Source: Lophium mytilinum (lineage: Eukaryota). Taken from it: DNA of 64,000 bases. The translations under genes were made by a program, and so were the position numbers. Positions 1 through 13,983 of the stretch are shown here, piece after piece. The stretch is taken from assembly GCA_010093605.1 (NCBI GenBank), contig MU004196.1, forward strand, positions 704,606 to 768,605, written 5' to 3'. Position 1 is the first letter of the stretch; every line of letters starts with the position of its first letter. Below the pieces are notes generated by a model. The model saw nothing but the letters and a program-made list of their open reading frames with translations. It made no database searches and had not been told where the DNA came from.

Positions 1-1628
1 ACATATGAGAGTCGAGTTGAAGCTCACGGTCTACGAGCGCTGGCTTGCCGTGCGAGCGCTGCTCGGAATGGGCCCGGTGGTGTGATGTTGCTTAGACACA
101 TATTTGACGAGTCGTTTGCGCGATTTGATAGATTTGATAATGCATTTCGGTAGCGGCTGGGAGATGATTGATGTATAGATATGATTGGAGCACCCTTAGC
201 AATTGCATTGTCAGCAATAGTGGCGGTGCAGTTCTCGAGCATGGCACGCTGGGCATAACAGAAATGGCACACCTGGTAGGCATTTTGCCTTATTTACTTC
301 TACACTTGCCTGCCACTGCTTGGAGTGCTTCGATGCATTTTTGAAATCAGAGATTCTCAGCTTTGGGCTATGAGGAAACATGTCAAGTCACTCCAAGCAG
401 TAGCAGACCGGAGCATCTACTGTACCTACTAGGTAGAACAGCCGTAAGAGAGCGTAGTAGATAAGTAGCAGTAGATATTAAGTCTATGAATCTGTAAGGG
501 ATTCTAATATTTCTATGCTTATTTACTACTATTAGAGGTCCTCTAACATGCTATTACTACTTATCAAATACCAGCTTTAAGAAGCCTGATAGCTTTCCAG
601 GCCACCTCAGACGGTGTTGAGTTGCTTGAGTGTGCCACTTTTTTTCTGCCTAGCGTGCATGGAACAGTCGGCATGGTAGCTCCCCTCAAGCTTTCACCAG
701 ATAGCGACGCTCGGATGCCCTAGGCATGAATTGCCCCGTCTTGCCCCGTCTGGCTAGGACAGAGTCGTCTTAAAGGGCCTCGTCATGAGTCTACGTACAC
801 TCGTCTGGCACTCCTATGATGATGGAATGCATTTACAGGAGTCCGTAGGGGCGGTCGAAGCAGGCACAGCAAGCTTACAGACTCTTCAAAATAATGGGAT
901 AATCATCTCGATTGGGGGTTTAAAAAGGTCTTAGAATGCTCTTAACAGTGGCAAAAAGGTATACACAGCCCTATGACAAGGTACTGCAATTGTAAGCGAA
1001 AGCAGTGAATGTTGCGAAGCCTCAAAGCGAGGGTAATTTGACATCATGGCCGGGGTGCGGCGGAGCTGAAGAAACACACCAAGACGCCTGACGGTCTTAC
1101 ACATGCTCTCGATACAAGAGCGTTCCTATGCGTTTGCGGTGCTTCTGAAGTCCGTTTGGCCGCACCGGCTTGCATGAATTGGAGCAGCTCTTCCAAGGTT
1201 GCAACGAGAGGCGGGGCATTCTCTACCTAGAAGTTAGCCGCTTGACTGAAAGAGCCATCTCACGAACACTTCTCTCTACACCACCGCACCCTCCCCCCTC
1301 CCTCTCTCTCGCATCTCCTGCCGCCCTGTCCTAGGCAGTCCGGCGTGAGCGTTCTGGTTGCTTGGTCGTCGTCGCCTCTAGCACTCGTCTGCAGCGGCCG
1401 CCTTCCCGCCTTTGTCGCCGTCACAGGCCATCACTTGGCCCCGGCCTCTACACAGCCTCCATCTTCTCCCCAGTCGCTCGCCGCGAGTCCGCCTGCAACC
1501 AACCTTGGGAATCTCGCTGTTGCGCACGACTTCTGACCCTCACACCTGCATAGGAGACCCGGTCTCCAAGGCTTTGATAGCCTTCAGCTCTCTTTTTACC
1601 GTCAGCACTCGACTCCACGGCCAACATC

Positions 1629-4554
1629 ATGGACGGAGCCGGCCAGCCCAACCTGAGGGTCACCAGTACGTCTGCCTGAGCTGTCTCCTCCGTCAGACGC
1701 GAATGGCGATGCTAACAGAGCACAGTTATTGCTGCCGATGGCCTCTATAAGCGGGATGTCTTCCGTACGTACTCTCTAGGCAACATCGCATGACACCCCT
1801 CTCACATCTGATGTAGGATTTCCGGATCCGTTCGCCGTTGCAACGGTGAATGGCGAGCAGACACGCACCACCAGCGTAATCAAGAAGACGTTGAACCCCT
1901 ACTGGAACGAGAGCTTCGACATGTACGCCATTGCCGGTCCAAGCTTCGCCCCACCATGCATCATGCTGATAGTCATACTAGGAGAGTCACCGAGGAAAGC
2001 GTTCTGGCAGTCCAAATCTTTGACCAGAAGAAGTTCAAGAAAAAGGACCAGGGTTTCCTTGGCGTCATCAATGTCCGCATAGGGAGCGTGATTGACTTGG
2101 ACGCCGGCGGTGACGGTAGGGATTATTCCCCGCTTCGGCAAGGCTGTGCTAACGAGGACAGAAATGCTCACACGCGACCTCAAGAAGTCGAATGATAACA
2201 TGGTCGTGCACGGGAAGCTTATTCTTAATCTATCCACTAATCTAGCAACGCCCATCAATCCTCCCGCACAGGGTCCTCCTACAAATCGACCCTCGGTTTC
2301 AGCGCATTCGTCGGTGAACGGTCTACCTGCACAAGGAATGGCGACGCCTGTTCCGCAGCAGTCTGCGCCTTCTCTGCACCCCGATACGTATCCAGGAAAC
2401 CGTAACCCGATCCCGACGCAGCCTACTCCGCAAAGACTAAGTCAGCCTACACCTGTTGCTCCTCCAAACTCTTTGCCCCCCCCGCACTCGGCGAACGGAG
2501 CACAACCGAGGAGTGGGCCCGGATTCAGTGCATTTGAAGATGCTCAAGGCCGTCTGCCTCCGGGATGGGAACGCAGGGAGGATCATCTGGGACGTACATA
2601 CTATGTTGATCACAATACGAGGCAAACCACATGGATCAGGCCCGGCGCTGGGTTCAACGAAGCCGACCAGAGGACAGCGCTGGCTGCTCAAACCCAGGTA
2701 GAACGTACTCGACATCAAAACCGAATGTTGCCAGAGGACAGGACAGGCGCCAATTCGCCAACTTTGTCCGACCGACAGCCGTCTCCTCCTGGTGGCACCG
2801 CAAATGCTGTCTCGATGATGGCAACGGGCGCTACGACTGCGGGCACTGGCGAACTACCGTCTGGATGGGAGCAACGCCATACGCCTGAGGGACGTGCATA
2901 CTTCGTGGACCACAACACGCGGACAACTACTTGGGTGGATCCGCGGCGCCAGCAGTACATTCGGATGTATGGAGGGCAAAATGCGAACAACAGCACTATT
3001 CAGCAGCAGCCTGTCTCCCAACTTGGACCCCTGCCTAGTGGATGGGAAATGCGTCTTACGAACACTGCTCGAGTCTATTTCGTGGATCACAATACCAAGA
3101 CCACCACTTGGGATGATCCTAGATTGCCGTCGTCACTGGACCAAAATGTGCCACAGTACAAGCGTGATTTCAGGCGGAAGTTGATCTACTTCCGTTCGCA
3201 ACCTGCGCTTCGGATTGTGTCTGGACAGTGCCATGTCAAGGTTCGGAGAACTCACATTTTCGAAGATTCGTACCATGAGATCATGCGGCAGAGCGCTGCT
3301 GATCTCAAGAAACGACTAATGATCAAATTCGATGGTGAAGACGGTTTGGATTATGGCGGTCTTTCTCGGTTTGTGCCCCTACTTTGATTGACTAGAGGCG
3401 TAACGAGGCTAACAATCATGCAGAGAGTTCTTCTTCCTCCTTTCCCACGAAATGTTTAATCCTTTCTACTGCCTGTTCGAGTATTCCGCGCACGACAACT
3501 ACACTCTTCAGATCAATCCTCATTCCGGCATAAATCCCGAGCATTTGAATTACTTCAAGTTTATTGGCCGAGTGGTTGGTTTGGCAATCTTCCACCGACG
3601 ATTCTTAGATGCTTTCTTCATCGGAGCTTTCTACAAGATGATTCTCCGCAAAAAGGTGGCGCTTCAGGACATGGAGGGTGTTGATGCCGACTTCCATCGC
3701 AATCTTGAGTGGATGTTGTGAGTGCCAACTTGATGCTCTTCGAAGACCCCGATTAACAATCTCTTTAGGAATAACGATATCACTGATGCTCTAGAGCTGA
3801 CGTTCTCCACTGAAGACGAGCGATTCGGCGAGACTGTCAGCATTGAATTGAAGCCTGGAGGAGAGGAAATTGAGGTAACAAACGAGAACAAGCGAGAATA
3901 CGTCGAGTAAGTGAAGCCAGTGTTATTATGGAGCCAGAGACTAACGCTAGACCAGCCTCATTACGGAATGGCGAATTGAAAAGCGTGTTGAGGAGCAGTT
4001 CTCGGCTTTCATATCAGGCTTCCACGAGCTGATTCCCGCAGATCTCGTCAACGTCTTTGACGAGCGCGAGTTGGAGTTGCTCATTGGCGGTATCGCTGAC
4101 ATTGATGTCGACGACTGGAAGAAGCATACTGACTACCGTGGCTACACCGAGAACGACGAAGTTATTGCGAACTTCTGGAAGGTTAGTACTAGTCTCTATT
4201 GGTTGACGTATCAAGATGCTGACTTTTACGCAGTGCATTCGGAGCTGGGATGCGGAACAGAAATCCCGCTTGTTGCAATTCGCAACCGGTACCTCGCGTA
4301 TTCCCGTCAACGGCTTTAAGGATCTGCAAGGAAGTGACGGCCCGAGGAGGTTTACGATCGAGAAAGCCGGAGAGCCTAATCAATTACCGAAGTCCCATAC
4401 ATGGTTAGTACACTTGGGAATTTTACCGACGGGCATGGCTAATTCGAGGAACAGTTTCAATCGTCTCGATCTTCCCCCATACAAGTCGTTTGATGCTCTG
4501 AATGGAAAGTTGACAATTGCCGTTGAAGAGACGGTCGGATTCGGACAAGAGTAG
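1629..4554 (+). CDS. RSP5: NEDD4-family HECT E3 ubiquitin ligase (C2 - 3xWW - HECT), multi-exon
   Basis: Spliced N-terminus [36 protein letters not shown] (C2); three WW domains ([30 protein letters not shown]); HECT motifs [14 protein letters not shown] and [16 protein letters not shown]; ends ETVGFGQE*. Introns GT-AG. Confidence 0.97.
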
Positions 4555-4577
4555 AGAGAGAGTGTGTGTGTGTGTGC
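4553..4577 (+). repeat. (AG)n(TG)n microsatellite directly after the RSP5 stop codon
   Basis: agagagagagtgtgtgtgtgtgtg read directly. Confidence 0.8.
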
Positions 4578-5842
4578 GGTTGGTTCCCCATTGATATCTT
4601 TGCTGCTCCTGTTTTTTGGAGAATGGTACATATCCAGCCTCAATCTCCCGTGTATAAAAGTGCGGACGAGGTTTGGGGAAAGCAGGCTTGGAATTTTGCG
4701 TCAAATGGCTTCATTACATTTGATATGTTCTTGCGTGGTGGTTACGGCCTCGAGGACAGGAGGCGTTGCTGAATATGCAGGCAGCCGAGATCGTCGCGTG
4801 GATGAAACGAGGCGTTTAGGATTATTTCAACGTTTTGCGGTGTAACGGGAGCGAGCGGGGCCGTAGGTGCCACAGTAAATGCAGTTAAGACATGTAATGG
4901 TTGTTGATGGTGTCACGTCGCGCTGTTCTCACCTCGACTGTGACCTCGCGATCGAGTGATGGTCCTATGGCAACTGGACAAGCTTCTCCCTTTTCACAAT
5001 CACGGGCCGAGCTGCATCTCATATCCCACCGCCAAGCCGCTCCATCTCCCCCGAATGGCTGCCGGATCGGAAGCTGAAGCTCATCTCGTCTCCATGCTCC
5101 ATGAACCCTGCACACGACAACCCTAATCCAGCGATCACACCCTCTCTGCCAATCAGACCGGACACTGCATCGGGAGGCGTTAAGCTTTTGCGGCTTAAAT
5201 ACGCGAGCAAGGGGGACCCTTTCGTTGCTCGGACCCTCATATATCTCTTTGGGAAACCAGCGGATGCTCCCAGCGCGCTAGCTTCAGGGTGGCAGCAAGC
5301 CATGAGAGCCACCGAGTGTCTTCCAGCTGCTGTCTTCCTTTGCTCGATAGTTGAAGGATGCTGCGGATACGCGTCCTCGACGCATATCACATCACTTACC
5401 GCCCTTTTTGGAGGAAGGGATTGGATACGGACTTTCATAACTGGCATGCCAACCGGCTGCCGTGGCTCTCTCTCCTCATCATGCGATTCACGCTTTAGTG
5501 CTTCTGAGCGCCCGCTCGCACGGCCCCCTTTGAGGCGTGCCCCAGACTCGAGCGAGATTGAAAGTTTAAAATTCCGCGGGCCCCTTCCCGGAGCGCGGTC
5601 CTTGGCTTCTGCTTCGTGAACTCTCTTGTCCCGTCGTCGTTGTCTGCTCGATACCAAGTTTGCATTCTTTCTCATTCCATACCCTCTGACCCATCACTCG
5701 CTTTGGGTATTCTTAATAACAAATAAACTTTGCCTCCCATCATCCTATACACTCGCTCGCTCTATCCAAGCTTGCTCTGCTTGCATTCCTCTTATACTTT
5801 ACGCATATCAACACCGAGATTCTAGACCTGTTTACCGCCAAC

Positions 5843-6470
5843 ATGCGCTTCTTCGCAACCCTCGCTTTCTTCGCGACCGCTGGCCTCGTGGCCGCCCAAA
5901 CGCAATCGTCTGCCGTCATGCCCAAGCCGACGACTGGAACCTGCGATGCGCAGAAGTCAGTCACATGCATCCCGATTCCAGCCCTCCGATAGCGTGTTAC
6001 TAACACCCACCCCCAGCATCGTCGACGCCTGCGTCTCAGGCATCCAGCCGCAGATCACAGCCTGCGGCGGCAACGACTGGATCTGCCTCTGCCAGCAGTA
6101 CACCAACCTGCTGACGTGCTACAACAACTGCCCCAACGACCCCAAAGGTGCGACGGTCCAGACCCAGGTGACGTCGTATTGTCAAGCTGCAGCTCCGTAA
6201 GTAGACCGTACTCTTTCAGTTAGTGTTGTTTGCTAATAAGTATGATGCAGGTACATCTCCGCCAGCCTCTCCGCCGCCGCCACCATGCCCCACTGGTCCT
6301 CGAGCGCGACGGCCTCCGCTACTGCCAACTCGGCTACGACTGGAACTGCGTCCAAGGCGACGGGTACGGCGGCTGCGGCGTCGGCGTCGTCGACGGGGGT
6401 GGCGGGAGTGGTTGTGGCGCCGGTTGGGGGCGTGCTTGCTGTTGTGCTTGGGCTTGTGGGGCTGTTGTAG
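5843..6470 (+). CDS. Secreted, probably GPI-anchored Cys-rich / Ser-Thr-Ala-rich cell-surface protein (3 exons)
   Basis: Signal peptide MRFFATLAFFATAGLVAA; Cys domain CDAQN|IVDACVSGIQPQITACGGNDWICLCQQYTNLLTCYNNCPND; S/T/A-rich stalk; hydrophobic tail GVLAVVLGLVGLL*. Confidence 0.85.
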
Positions 6471-7781
6471 TTGAACTTTTGAAGGGGAGACTAAGAGAAA
6501 GAGAGGAGAGTGGGGATTGGATGTTGGGGTAAAAACGGGGATAGTTGTATACTTAATTCTTAATGTGGATTAGACTGTGCTGGACTGGAGAAGGAAGGGG
6601 TGACGTTGATATGTGGAGGTGGTGGTGACTTTTGGTTATGTAGTTTTACTATGCTAGAGCAGCCTTTTGTGAGGATATTTGTAGTGAATGGAGGTGTGGG
6701 GCTTCGTAATAGTGATGCAGATGTTCTGAGTAATGCTCTGACAAATGAAGGGCAGTAGCAGAAGGCTAGTACGCCCTCATGAGGACGCATAGTAAGTGTG
6801 TATACTTACCTGCCTTTGTGGGAGGTCTCTCGATACGTATAAGGGAATCTGCCGAGCTGTACCTTACATATTGTGAGCCAGTCTGTGACCTTGCCGAGCC
6901 ACTCCAACGGCATCATCTGTAGAGGTTGTGACAAGGTATATGATATGAATATGGTAGGATAAAGATTGTAAGTCACTCTTAATCCCAACATTGGCTGCAG
7001 TCCACTTCTCTGTCCCTGAAAGTATCGTAGAGTGTACACTGTCTTACTGTAGCTAGCTGGACGTACCAAGTTTAGTCGAGACCACAGGTAGGTATAAGAG
7101 TCGATCGAAGTGTATCATGTCTTCAGCAATCGATGCGAAGTCGGTATACCCAGTTTAGAACTTAGCCGGTGCCCGGGCTGTCGGAATCAAAGGGCACGGA
7201 ACCGAGCAGCGCCTTGTTCGATACAGACCCCGTGACTGGTGGTCGTCGTTCCCCCGCGATCCTTCATGGAGATTGCTGCCGCGATTTGTCCGGGGAGTGC
7301 GTAGATCCTTGAATGGTGACGTGCTGGCAGCTTGTCTCCGCACTTCACCATCTTCTGCCCAATGACGCCGGCTGAAACAAGCTATCCAGTCGCAACCCAC
7401 CGAGCATCACTCCGCACACCGCACGATGCCCGCGCTGGCCGCCGCCCGGGTCTTGCTAAACGCCAAGCGGAAAACTCTGGGGACTAGTCATTCCCAAGAA
7501 CACTTTCCGGGCCGATGACTGACAGCTAAATCCCGCTGTCGGCGTAGAGATCGACTTCTCCAGCTGCCACGGTGCCATTGCCGCGGGATGCAACCTCCTG
7601 TTCTCTTTTGCTTTTCTTGTGCCTACCCGTCGTCATCGTCTGCGACTTTTCTGTTTGTCTCCTCCTTCGTGGAGGTCATGTTGGGCACGTTGGTCACAAT
7701 CTCAAGACATCCAGCAAACGGCAGCGCTTTCTTCCATAATTCTTAGACCATGGTCCAAGGCACATCTGCAACGCTTCCAAC

Positions 7782-10538
7782 ATGGCGAACGAAACCAGCG
7801 GGGACCACCATGTCGTATCAAGAGGTCCTGTCGTGCTGGGCGTTACAACTGCCACGATCGTGTGCGCCACCGTCTTCGTTGTGCTACGTTTGATCTCGAG
7901 GATTGGAATTGTGCGAAGAGTTGGCTGGGATGACCACTTCATCATTCTCGCTTGGGTAGGTTAATCATGGGTTCGTAGTTTTGAGTATTGAGAAACTAAC
8001 CGTAGCACTGTACAGGTCCTCGCATTCGGCACTTCTTTCTCCATTTGCTACGGGACGTCCGTTGGCCTTGGACGACACGAGGTGGATGTTCCAGCAGACT
8101 GGGATCCTATTCTAACCAGGATGGAATATGTCTTCTCGGTTCTCTATGTCGGTACCCGTATTCCATGTGCTTGAAAAAGACACTGAGACAGGCAGAACCC
8201 AGCCTTGATGGCTACTAAGACGTCTATCCTGATCTTTTATTTGTCTCTTTCCAAGACCCAGAAGATCTTCCGTACCGCCACCATTGCGACCCTCGCCGTA
8301 GTCAATATTGGCGGATTAGCGTTGACGCTCCTCAATGTTGTCCAATGCCGACCTGTCGGTGCCGCTTTCGATAATCCGGTCCCGGAAAGTGCAACTTGCA
8401 CAGACATTATTACCATTTACCTTTCTTCGGCGCCATTGAACATCATCACGGATCTGGCAATTCTGTTCCTTCCAATGCCAATACTAACCAGTATGCGTCT
8501 GCCAAAGAAACAAAAGATAATACTCGTCGTCACCTTCGGGTTCGGTATTTTCGTCGCCGTTGTTGATGTAGTTCGAATTGCATACCTTCAATCCGCAGCT
8601 CGCACGCACCTGCGAAACGTTGAAGACAACAGTGACCCGACAGGAAATGACTCCCGGAATTCGGAGAATGATTTCAGCTGGTATGCTTCTTTCTCGCTGA
8701 TGTTTTCAGCCATCGAGGTAAATGTCGGACTCATGTGTGCCTGCGTGCCAGCCATGAAGCCCCTAGTGTCTCGCTTTATGCCTCACTTACTGCGGGACAA
8801 TAGCCAAACCGATAAGACAGCACTCACGACTGGAAGCGGATTGAACCACCCTGATATTGCAAATGGGAATCTACAGGCACCCTCTCAGGACTTACCAACA
8901 AGGCCAGCACCTGTTGCCACCCCCGGAGGCGCCAACCCAGCAGCCACGTTAGGAGCAATTTCAGGTGGAAATGGCGATGGGACAATGGGTATGATGGATT
9001 TCCTAACGACACCAGATATGACCGAGCTACCGGTAGAAAGGACGAATACGTATGCGACGGCCGCTACAGCAGGGAGTGCTCCGCCCTTCTTCGACTTTGT
9101 GACATTTAACAAAAAGAAGAGCATTGTCAACATGACGACGAGGGAAAGCATCTATCCAGTGATGATGGTCACCGTCTTGTTCTTCGTCTGGGGATTTGCA
9201 TATGGACTCCTGGACACACTTAATGCTCAGTTCCAGACTGTTGCTCACATGTCATCCGCACAGTTCATCGGTCTTCACAGCGCATACTATGGAGGCTATT
9301 TCTTGGGACCGCTGACTTTTGGCCGGCTCGTCTTCAAGTACTGGGGCTTCAAAGCTTGTTACACCGTTGGACTAGTCATATACGCGTGTGGCACTTTGGT
9401 CTTCTGGCCTTCTGCCGTTCTGACATCCTTTCCCGCTTTCTTCATCTCAAACTTCATTGTTGGCCTCGGCCTATCTACGCTGGAGATCTCAGCGAACCCT
9501 TTCATTACACTTTGTGGGCCGCCGGAATGGGCAGAGGTTCGACTCAATCTCTCTCAAGGCTTCCAAGCGATTGGGACCGTCGTTTCTCCGTTGCTCGCAA
9601 AGAAAGTTCTCTTCAAAGCCTCGGCCGACTCCCTCATCGACGTTCAATGGACCTATCTTGGCCTCTCGCTGTTTACATTTGCTCTCGCAATTGTTTACTT
9701 CTACATCCCCCTACCAGAAGCCAATGATGACGAGCTAGAAGAAGCATCTCAACGCATCAACACTCCAAATACGGAAAAGCTTCTCAACGTGAAAGTGATA
9801 TGGATCACTCTTGGTCTTGGATTATTCTCTCAAATGTGCTACGTCGGTGGTCAAGAGAGCATTTCCACAACATTTGCGGCGTATGTCACCAGGATTTACC
9901 CAGGCCTCAACATGGTAAACCTCCAGGCAATCGGCCATACAGCCTTCGCCCTCTCGCGCTTCCTCGCTGCCGGTGCCGGATTATGGATCAAGCCACGCTA
10001 CCAGCTCCTCTTTTTCTACCTCGGCGCTATTGCGTTCGCGGTAGCATCTATGAATGGACATGGCACCGCACCTGCCGCGCTCGTCGTCACGCTCTTCTTC
10101 TTCGAAGGACCGATATTCGCCCTTGTCTTCGCGCAATCGATTCGTGGACTTGGAAGGAATGCGAAAATGGCCAGCGTGCTACTCACCTCAGCGATAGGTG
10201 GCGGAGCAGTATTCCCTCCTATTGCATATGGTGCGATGAAGGCAAAGAACGTGCAGTATGCGTATTGCGTGGTGGCGGCTGCATTTGCTGCTGGCGCTTT
10301 GTTCCCGATATGGCTGAATTTATCGCCTCTCGCAAAAGCGATAGTTGATCCTAAGAAATATGACGATTCCCGAGCAGTCGGAGATGCGGGAATAGAAGTA
10401 GATGGGAAGAGACACCGGAGCTTCTCTTCATTTAGTGACAGTATTAAGAGGAGGTGGCGGAAGGACGGTGCCAAAGATGACCCTCCTCAAGCTGAGCACA
10501 AGGAGAGGAGCTCATGGCCGCCTGTCTCGATTGTATGA
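7782..10538 (+). CDS. Fusion protein: N-terminal PTH11-like (fungal rhodopsin-type 7TM) domain plus C-terminal FucP/glucose-galactose-type MFS permease, ~882 aa
   Basis: Exons 7782-7955, 8016-8147, 8196-10538. PTH11-like motifs LRLISR..VGWDD, GLGRH, TKTSILIFYL, NIITDLAILFLPMP, SAIEVNVGLMCACVP. In the same exon, FucP-type motifs LFFVWGFAYGLLDTLN, LEISANPFITLCGP, RLNLSQGFQAIG. Confidence 0.9.
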
Positions 10539-11057
10539 GCTACACAGAGTTCTCTTTCATATGTTATGCTTTGCAGAACTCAGGTTCCGCTCAATTGTTC
10601 TCTTTTAAAGACGGCGCACGGAGTTACTGGAGAGTGACCGTACGCTAGACTCCCAAACTTCATTTATCCATGGGCGATTTGGGAGGTAGTCGTATTCGCA
10701 TTTACATGGGATGGAAGCCACGGCCGTACGAAGACATTTGCTTCATTGTTGTATGTACATATGATCGATCGATACCCTGTACTTAGTTTCTTTATAAGTG
10801 TATATAGAGAAGACAATACTTCTGAGAAAAAGAGGAAATGTATAAACTTGCAAGGGATATAGCTTTAAAGAGCAGTACCCACTACTTGACATGCGCGCAG
10901 AGAATAGTATGCGAGCCACACAGCTAAATCGAGTTTGTCATCACTCCCCCAAGTCTTGGCACTGAGGTCATCTAATCCAATATTCGATGCGGCGAATGTC
11001 GGGAGTGCCTTTCACCACAACCTCCAACCTCACCTACCTCCCACCTAAACCGCCACC

Positions 11058-11729
11058 ATGTTCGCACGACCAGCAATCTCTTCCGTATGCCCACTATCCC
11101 AATGCTTCATACTCCCTTTGGAACCCTTTCTAATTAGCTCAACTACAGGCTCTCCGGACAGCTACCCGCACCACACCTCTCATGCGCCCACTCCCCACAC
11201 CCCGCTTCCTCACCCCGTTCCAAGCGCGCCTGCTCTCTTCCGAAACCCGCACCGCGATCGATAAGGCTGTGAGCTCGGCGCCTGTCGTGCTGTTCATGAA
11301 GGGCACCCCCGAGACGCCGCAGTGCGGGTTCTCGCGCGCGAGCATCCAGATCCTGGGGATGCAGGGGGTGGATCCGGGGAAGTTTACGGCGTTTAATGTG
11401 CTGGAGGATGAGGAGTTGAGGGCTGGTGAGTTGCAGTTTTCTGCTTTGTAAACTGGGAGGGTTGGGGTGGGAGTGGATGGGGTTGAGGTGGCGTCGGCTG
11501 AAATTACATATGTATTGGTCGTTTGGATGCTAATCGTTTATTTTATGTTGTAGGGATTAAGGAATATTCAGAGTGGCCGACGATACCCCAGCTTTACGTG
11601 GATAAGGAGTTTGTGGGGGGCTGCGATATCTTGATGTCGATGCATCAGGATGGGTCGCTGGCGAAGATGTTGGAGGAGAAGGGCGTGCTTGTTGAGCCGG
11701 GAGAAGAGGAGCCGGCGCCGAAGGAGTAG
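11058..11729 (+). CDS. GRX5: Mitochondrial monothiol glutaredoxin (CGFS type), 3 exons
   Basis: Arg-rich presequence; [47 protein letters not shown]. Confidence 0.96.
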
Positions 11730-12491
11730 TTTTGTGCTGTCATTGAGAGTTGAGCAAGCAGCGTAATAGAAGGGCGAAGAGGAGCGGTCTCCGTTTGACG
11801 TCCTGGGACCGTAAAAGATATTCCTGTACAAAATTCTTATGGCCAACAGGATCGGTCTTTAACTTCGTCTTCTGCTAAAAGAAGTAGTCGATAAGGTCGG
11901 TATTGAGCTAAGGTTCTATCTAGATCGCCCGGTTGCGGGAGTGCTGGCCATCAGAGAGCTTTTCGAGGGGCTGGAAGACAATTCGAGAGTCTTTCTAGAG
12001 CCTTTGACACGCTCTGTCGCACTCCTCCATATTTATGTCTAGCCTAGCAGTGATGCGAGGTTTTGGGTAGGTCACGCAAAGATTGTGTGCTGGTAAAGTA
12101 GAGGAAATGATTAACAAGACTTTGCAAAGCATTTCCAGTCAAACCATCTTCATGCGGTGTTCATAGTGCCTCATTACAGATCTGTGTACGCTTTCTCGGT
12201 ATTGTTTGGAGTGCTTTGATACTACATCATGGATCCAAATGGTTCTCATCTCAGCTGCTCTTCCTCTAGTAACTAGACCAGAACACCTAAGTATATACTT
12301 TTCCTATAAACAGCGACTTTATCAGTCAACGAAATGTTCTCAATCTTCTTAGGTTAGTCTCACCGTCCTTGTTGTTGTGTCTTTCCTATTCTACTCATGA
12401 TTAAAGCGCCGTCTACTTCGGCTTTAACGGCTTCAACTCCTATTCCAACGTCATCCCAACTCCTACCATCCGATCTCCACCACATCCAACA

Positions 12492-13553
12492 ATGGCAACC
12501 CGCCGCCGCGCTCCAATAGTTCCCCCTCGCACCGTCCCAAAGACACATGTCACCTCTACCAGAAAGGAAAAACAAGTCATCTCCACCACCGCAATGTTCA
12601 AGCGTCCCCTCCGTCCACGCCAAACCTCCATCTCCTCCGCTCCAACCCGCACCCCAAAACCCAATGCCATCCCAATCAAAGGCGCCGGCATCATCAAACC
12701 AGCGCACAAGTCCCCAGGCCCTTCAATCCTAAAGAAAACCCGAATCGTTGGCGAAAGCGTAGCAGCGAAGCATCCGATCTCAGTAGCGTTCAACGGTACC
12801 TACCTCCACCTTTCCCCTCACCTCCACCTCCTTAAAAAGTAGCCCATCTCACCCGCGATCATAGAAACAACAACAACCTACCTCCACACCGCCACCGCCT
12901 CCCTCACCTCCGCCCTCAGCGAAACCCACGCCGCCCTCCTCGCCGAGCTCGCGGCCGCCGTCTCTACGAAGCCCAACAACCCTATCAACCCCCTCAACGA
13001 TTCCGAAAGCAATAGAGCGCCAGAACAAGCGCCAGACGCAAGCACCAGCTCTCCCCAACCCCTCGCAACCCGCTACGCCGCCGACATCGCCGCCCTCACG
13101 GCCCCGCTGGGCAACATCACCCTCACGTCCGCGCAGTGGACGCGGGACATGACGCTGCACGAGCGGCTGTCGCGCTTCCACGCGACGCTGCAGGCAGAGG
13201 CGCAGGTGGTGCGCGAGCTGCAGGCGGAGTACGAGGAGGTGTTGGGGGAGCTGTATTGGGTGCTTCACGCTGCGGTGGGAGAGGAGGCGGCGGGGAAGGT
13301 GCTGGAGGCGAGTGGAGTGGGGCTAAGAAGCGGAGAGGAGAAGGAGGGGGGATTCGCGGAGTCGAAGCTTGAGGCGTTGGAGTTGGCGCCGCGGGTGGAG
13401 GGAGAGGGGGTTGAGGGGATGGAGAAGGAGATTAGGGAGGTGAGGGGGGAGGCGTTGAGGGAGTTTCAGAGTGAGGAGAATGAGAGGAGGGGGAAGGAGA
13501 GGGAGCAGAATGAGAAGATTGTCGAGTCGATGAAGCGGGTGCAGGGGTATTGA
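12492..13553 (+). CDS. Hypothetical protein, basic disordered N-terminus and coiled-coil-like C-terminus (intron ~12797-12864)
   Basis: ORFs 12492-12842 and 13149-13553 join through a gtacct...atag intron into one open frame; C-terminus is E/R/K heptad-rich. No family recognised. Confidence 0.65.
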
Positions 13554-13983
13554 GGGAAGTGGATTGGGATCATATACTACGTCATATCTGGTTTATGGGT
13601 CTGGTGTGGGAAGGAGTCTATCTGCAAATCACATGTGAGTTGAATGTGCGTATGGGGCTAAGGATAAGGTTAACATATTCAGAAGTTTCTCGTAAGGGGG
13701 AACTTTAACGGAGCAGCATGTGTACAAAAGCTTCTGGTTTATTGTTCGCGCTATGTTACAGGAAAGCAAATCATTAGACTTCGAGGGGGTCATGCTTATC
13801 TGCAACACGCCTGAATTGTGAAAGATCCATCTACGGTGTGCTTCAAGGGCCTCGTTTCCTCTGCCATGGCAGCAAGTGAAATCCCTCTTGAAACCTCATC
13901 TAAGTCTAGGATATCAAACTTCTAGGATATCTCTCTTGCTTGCAAGCAAGAATTCGCTCACAGTCTAGTACGCATCAACCACT

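Noticed and set aside
5019..5675. Overlapping 218-aa (-) and 172-aa (+) ORFs
   Set aside because: No motifs or codon bias; region reads as the promoter of the GPI-protein gene.
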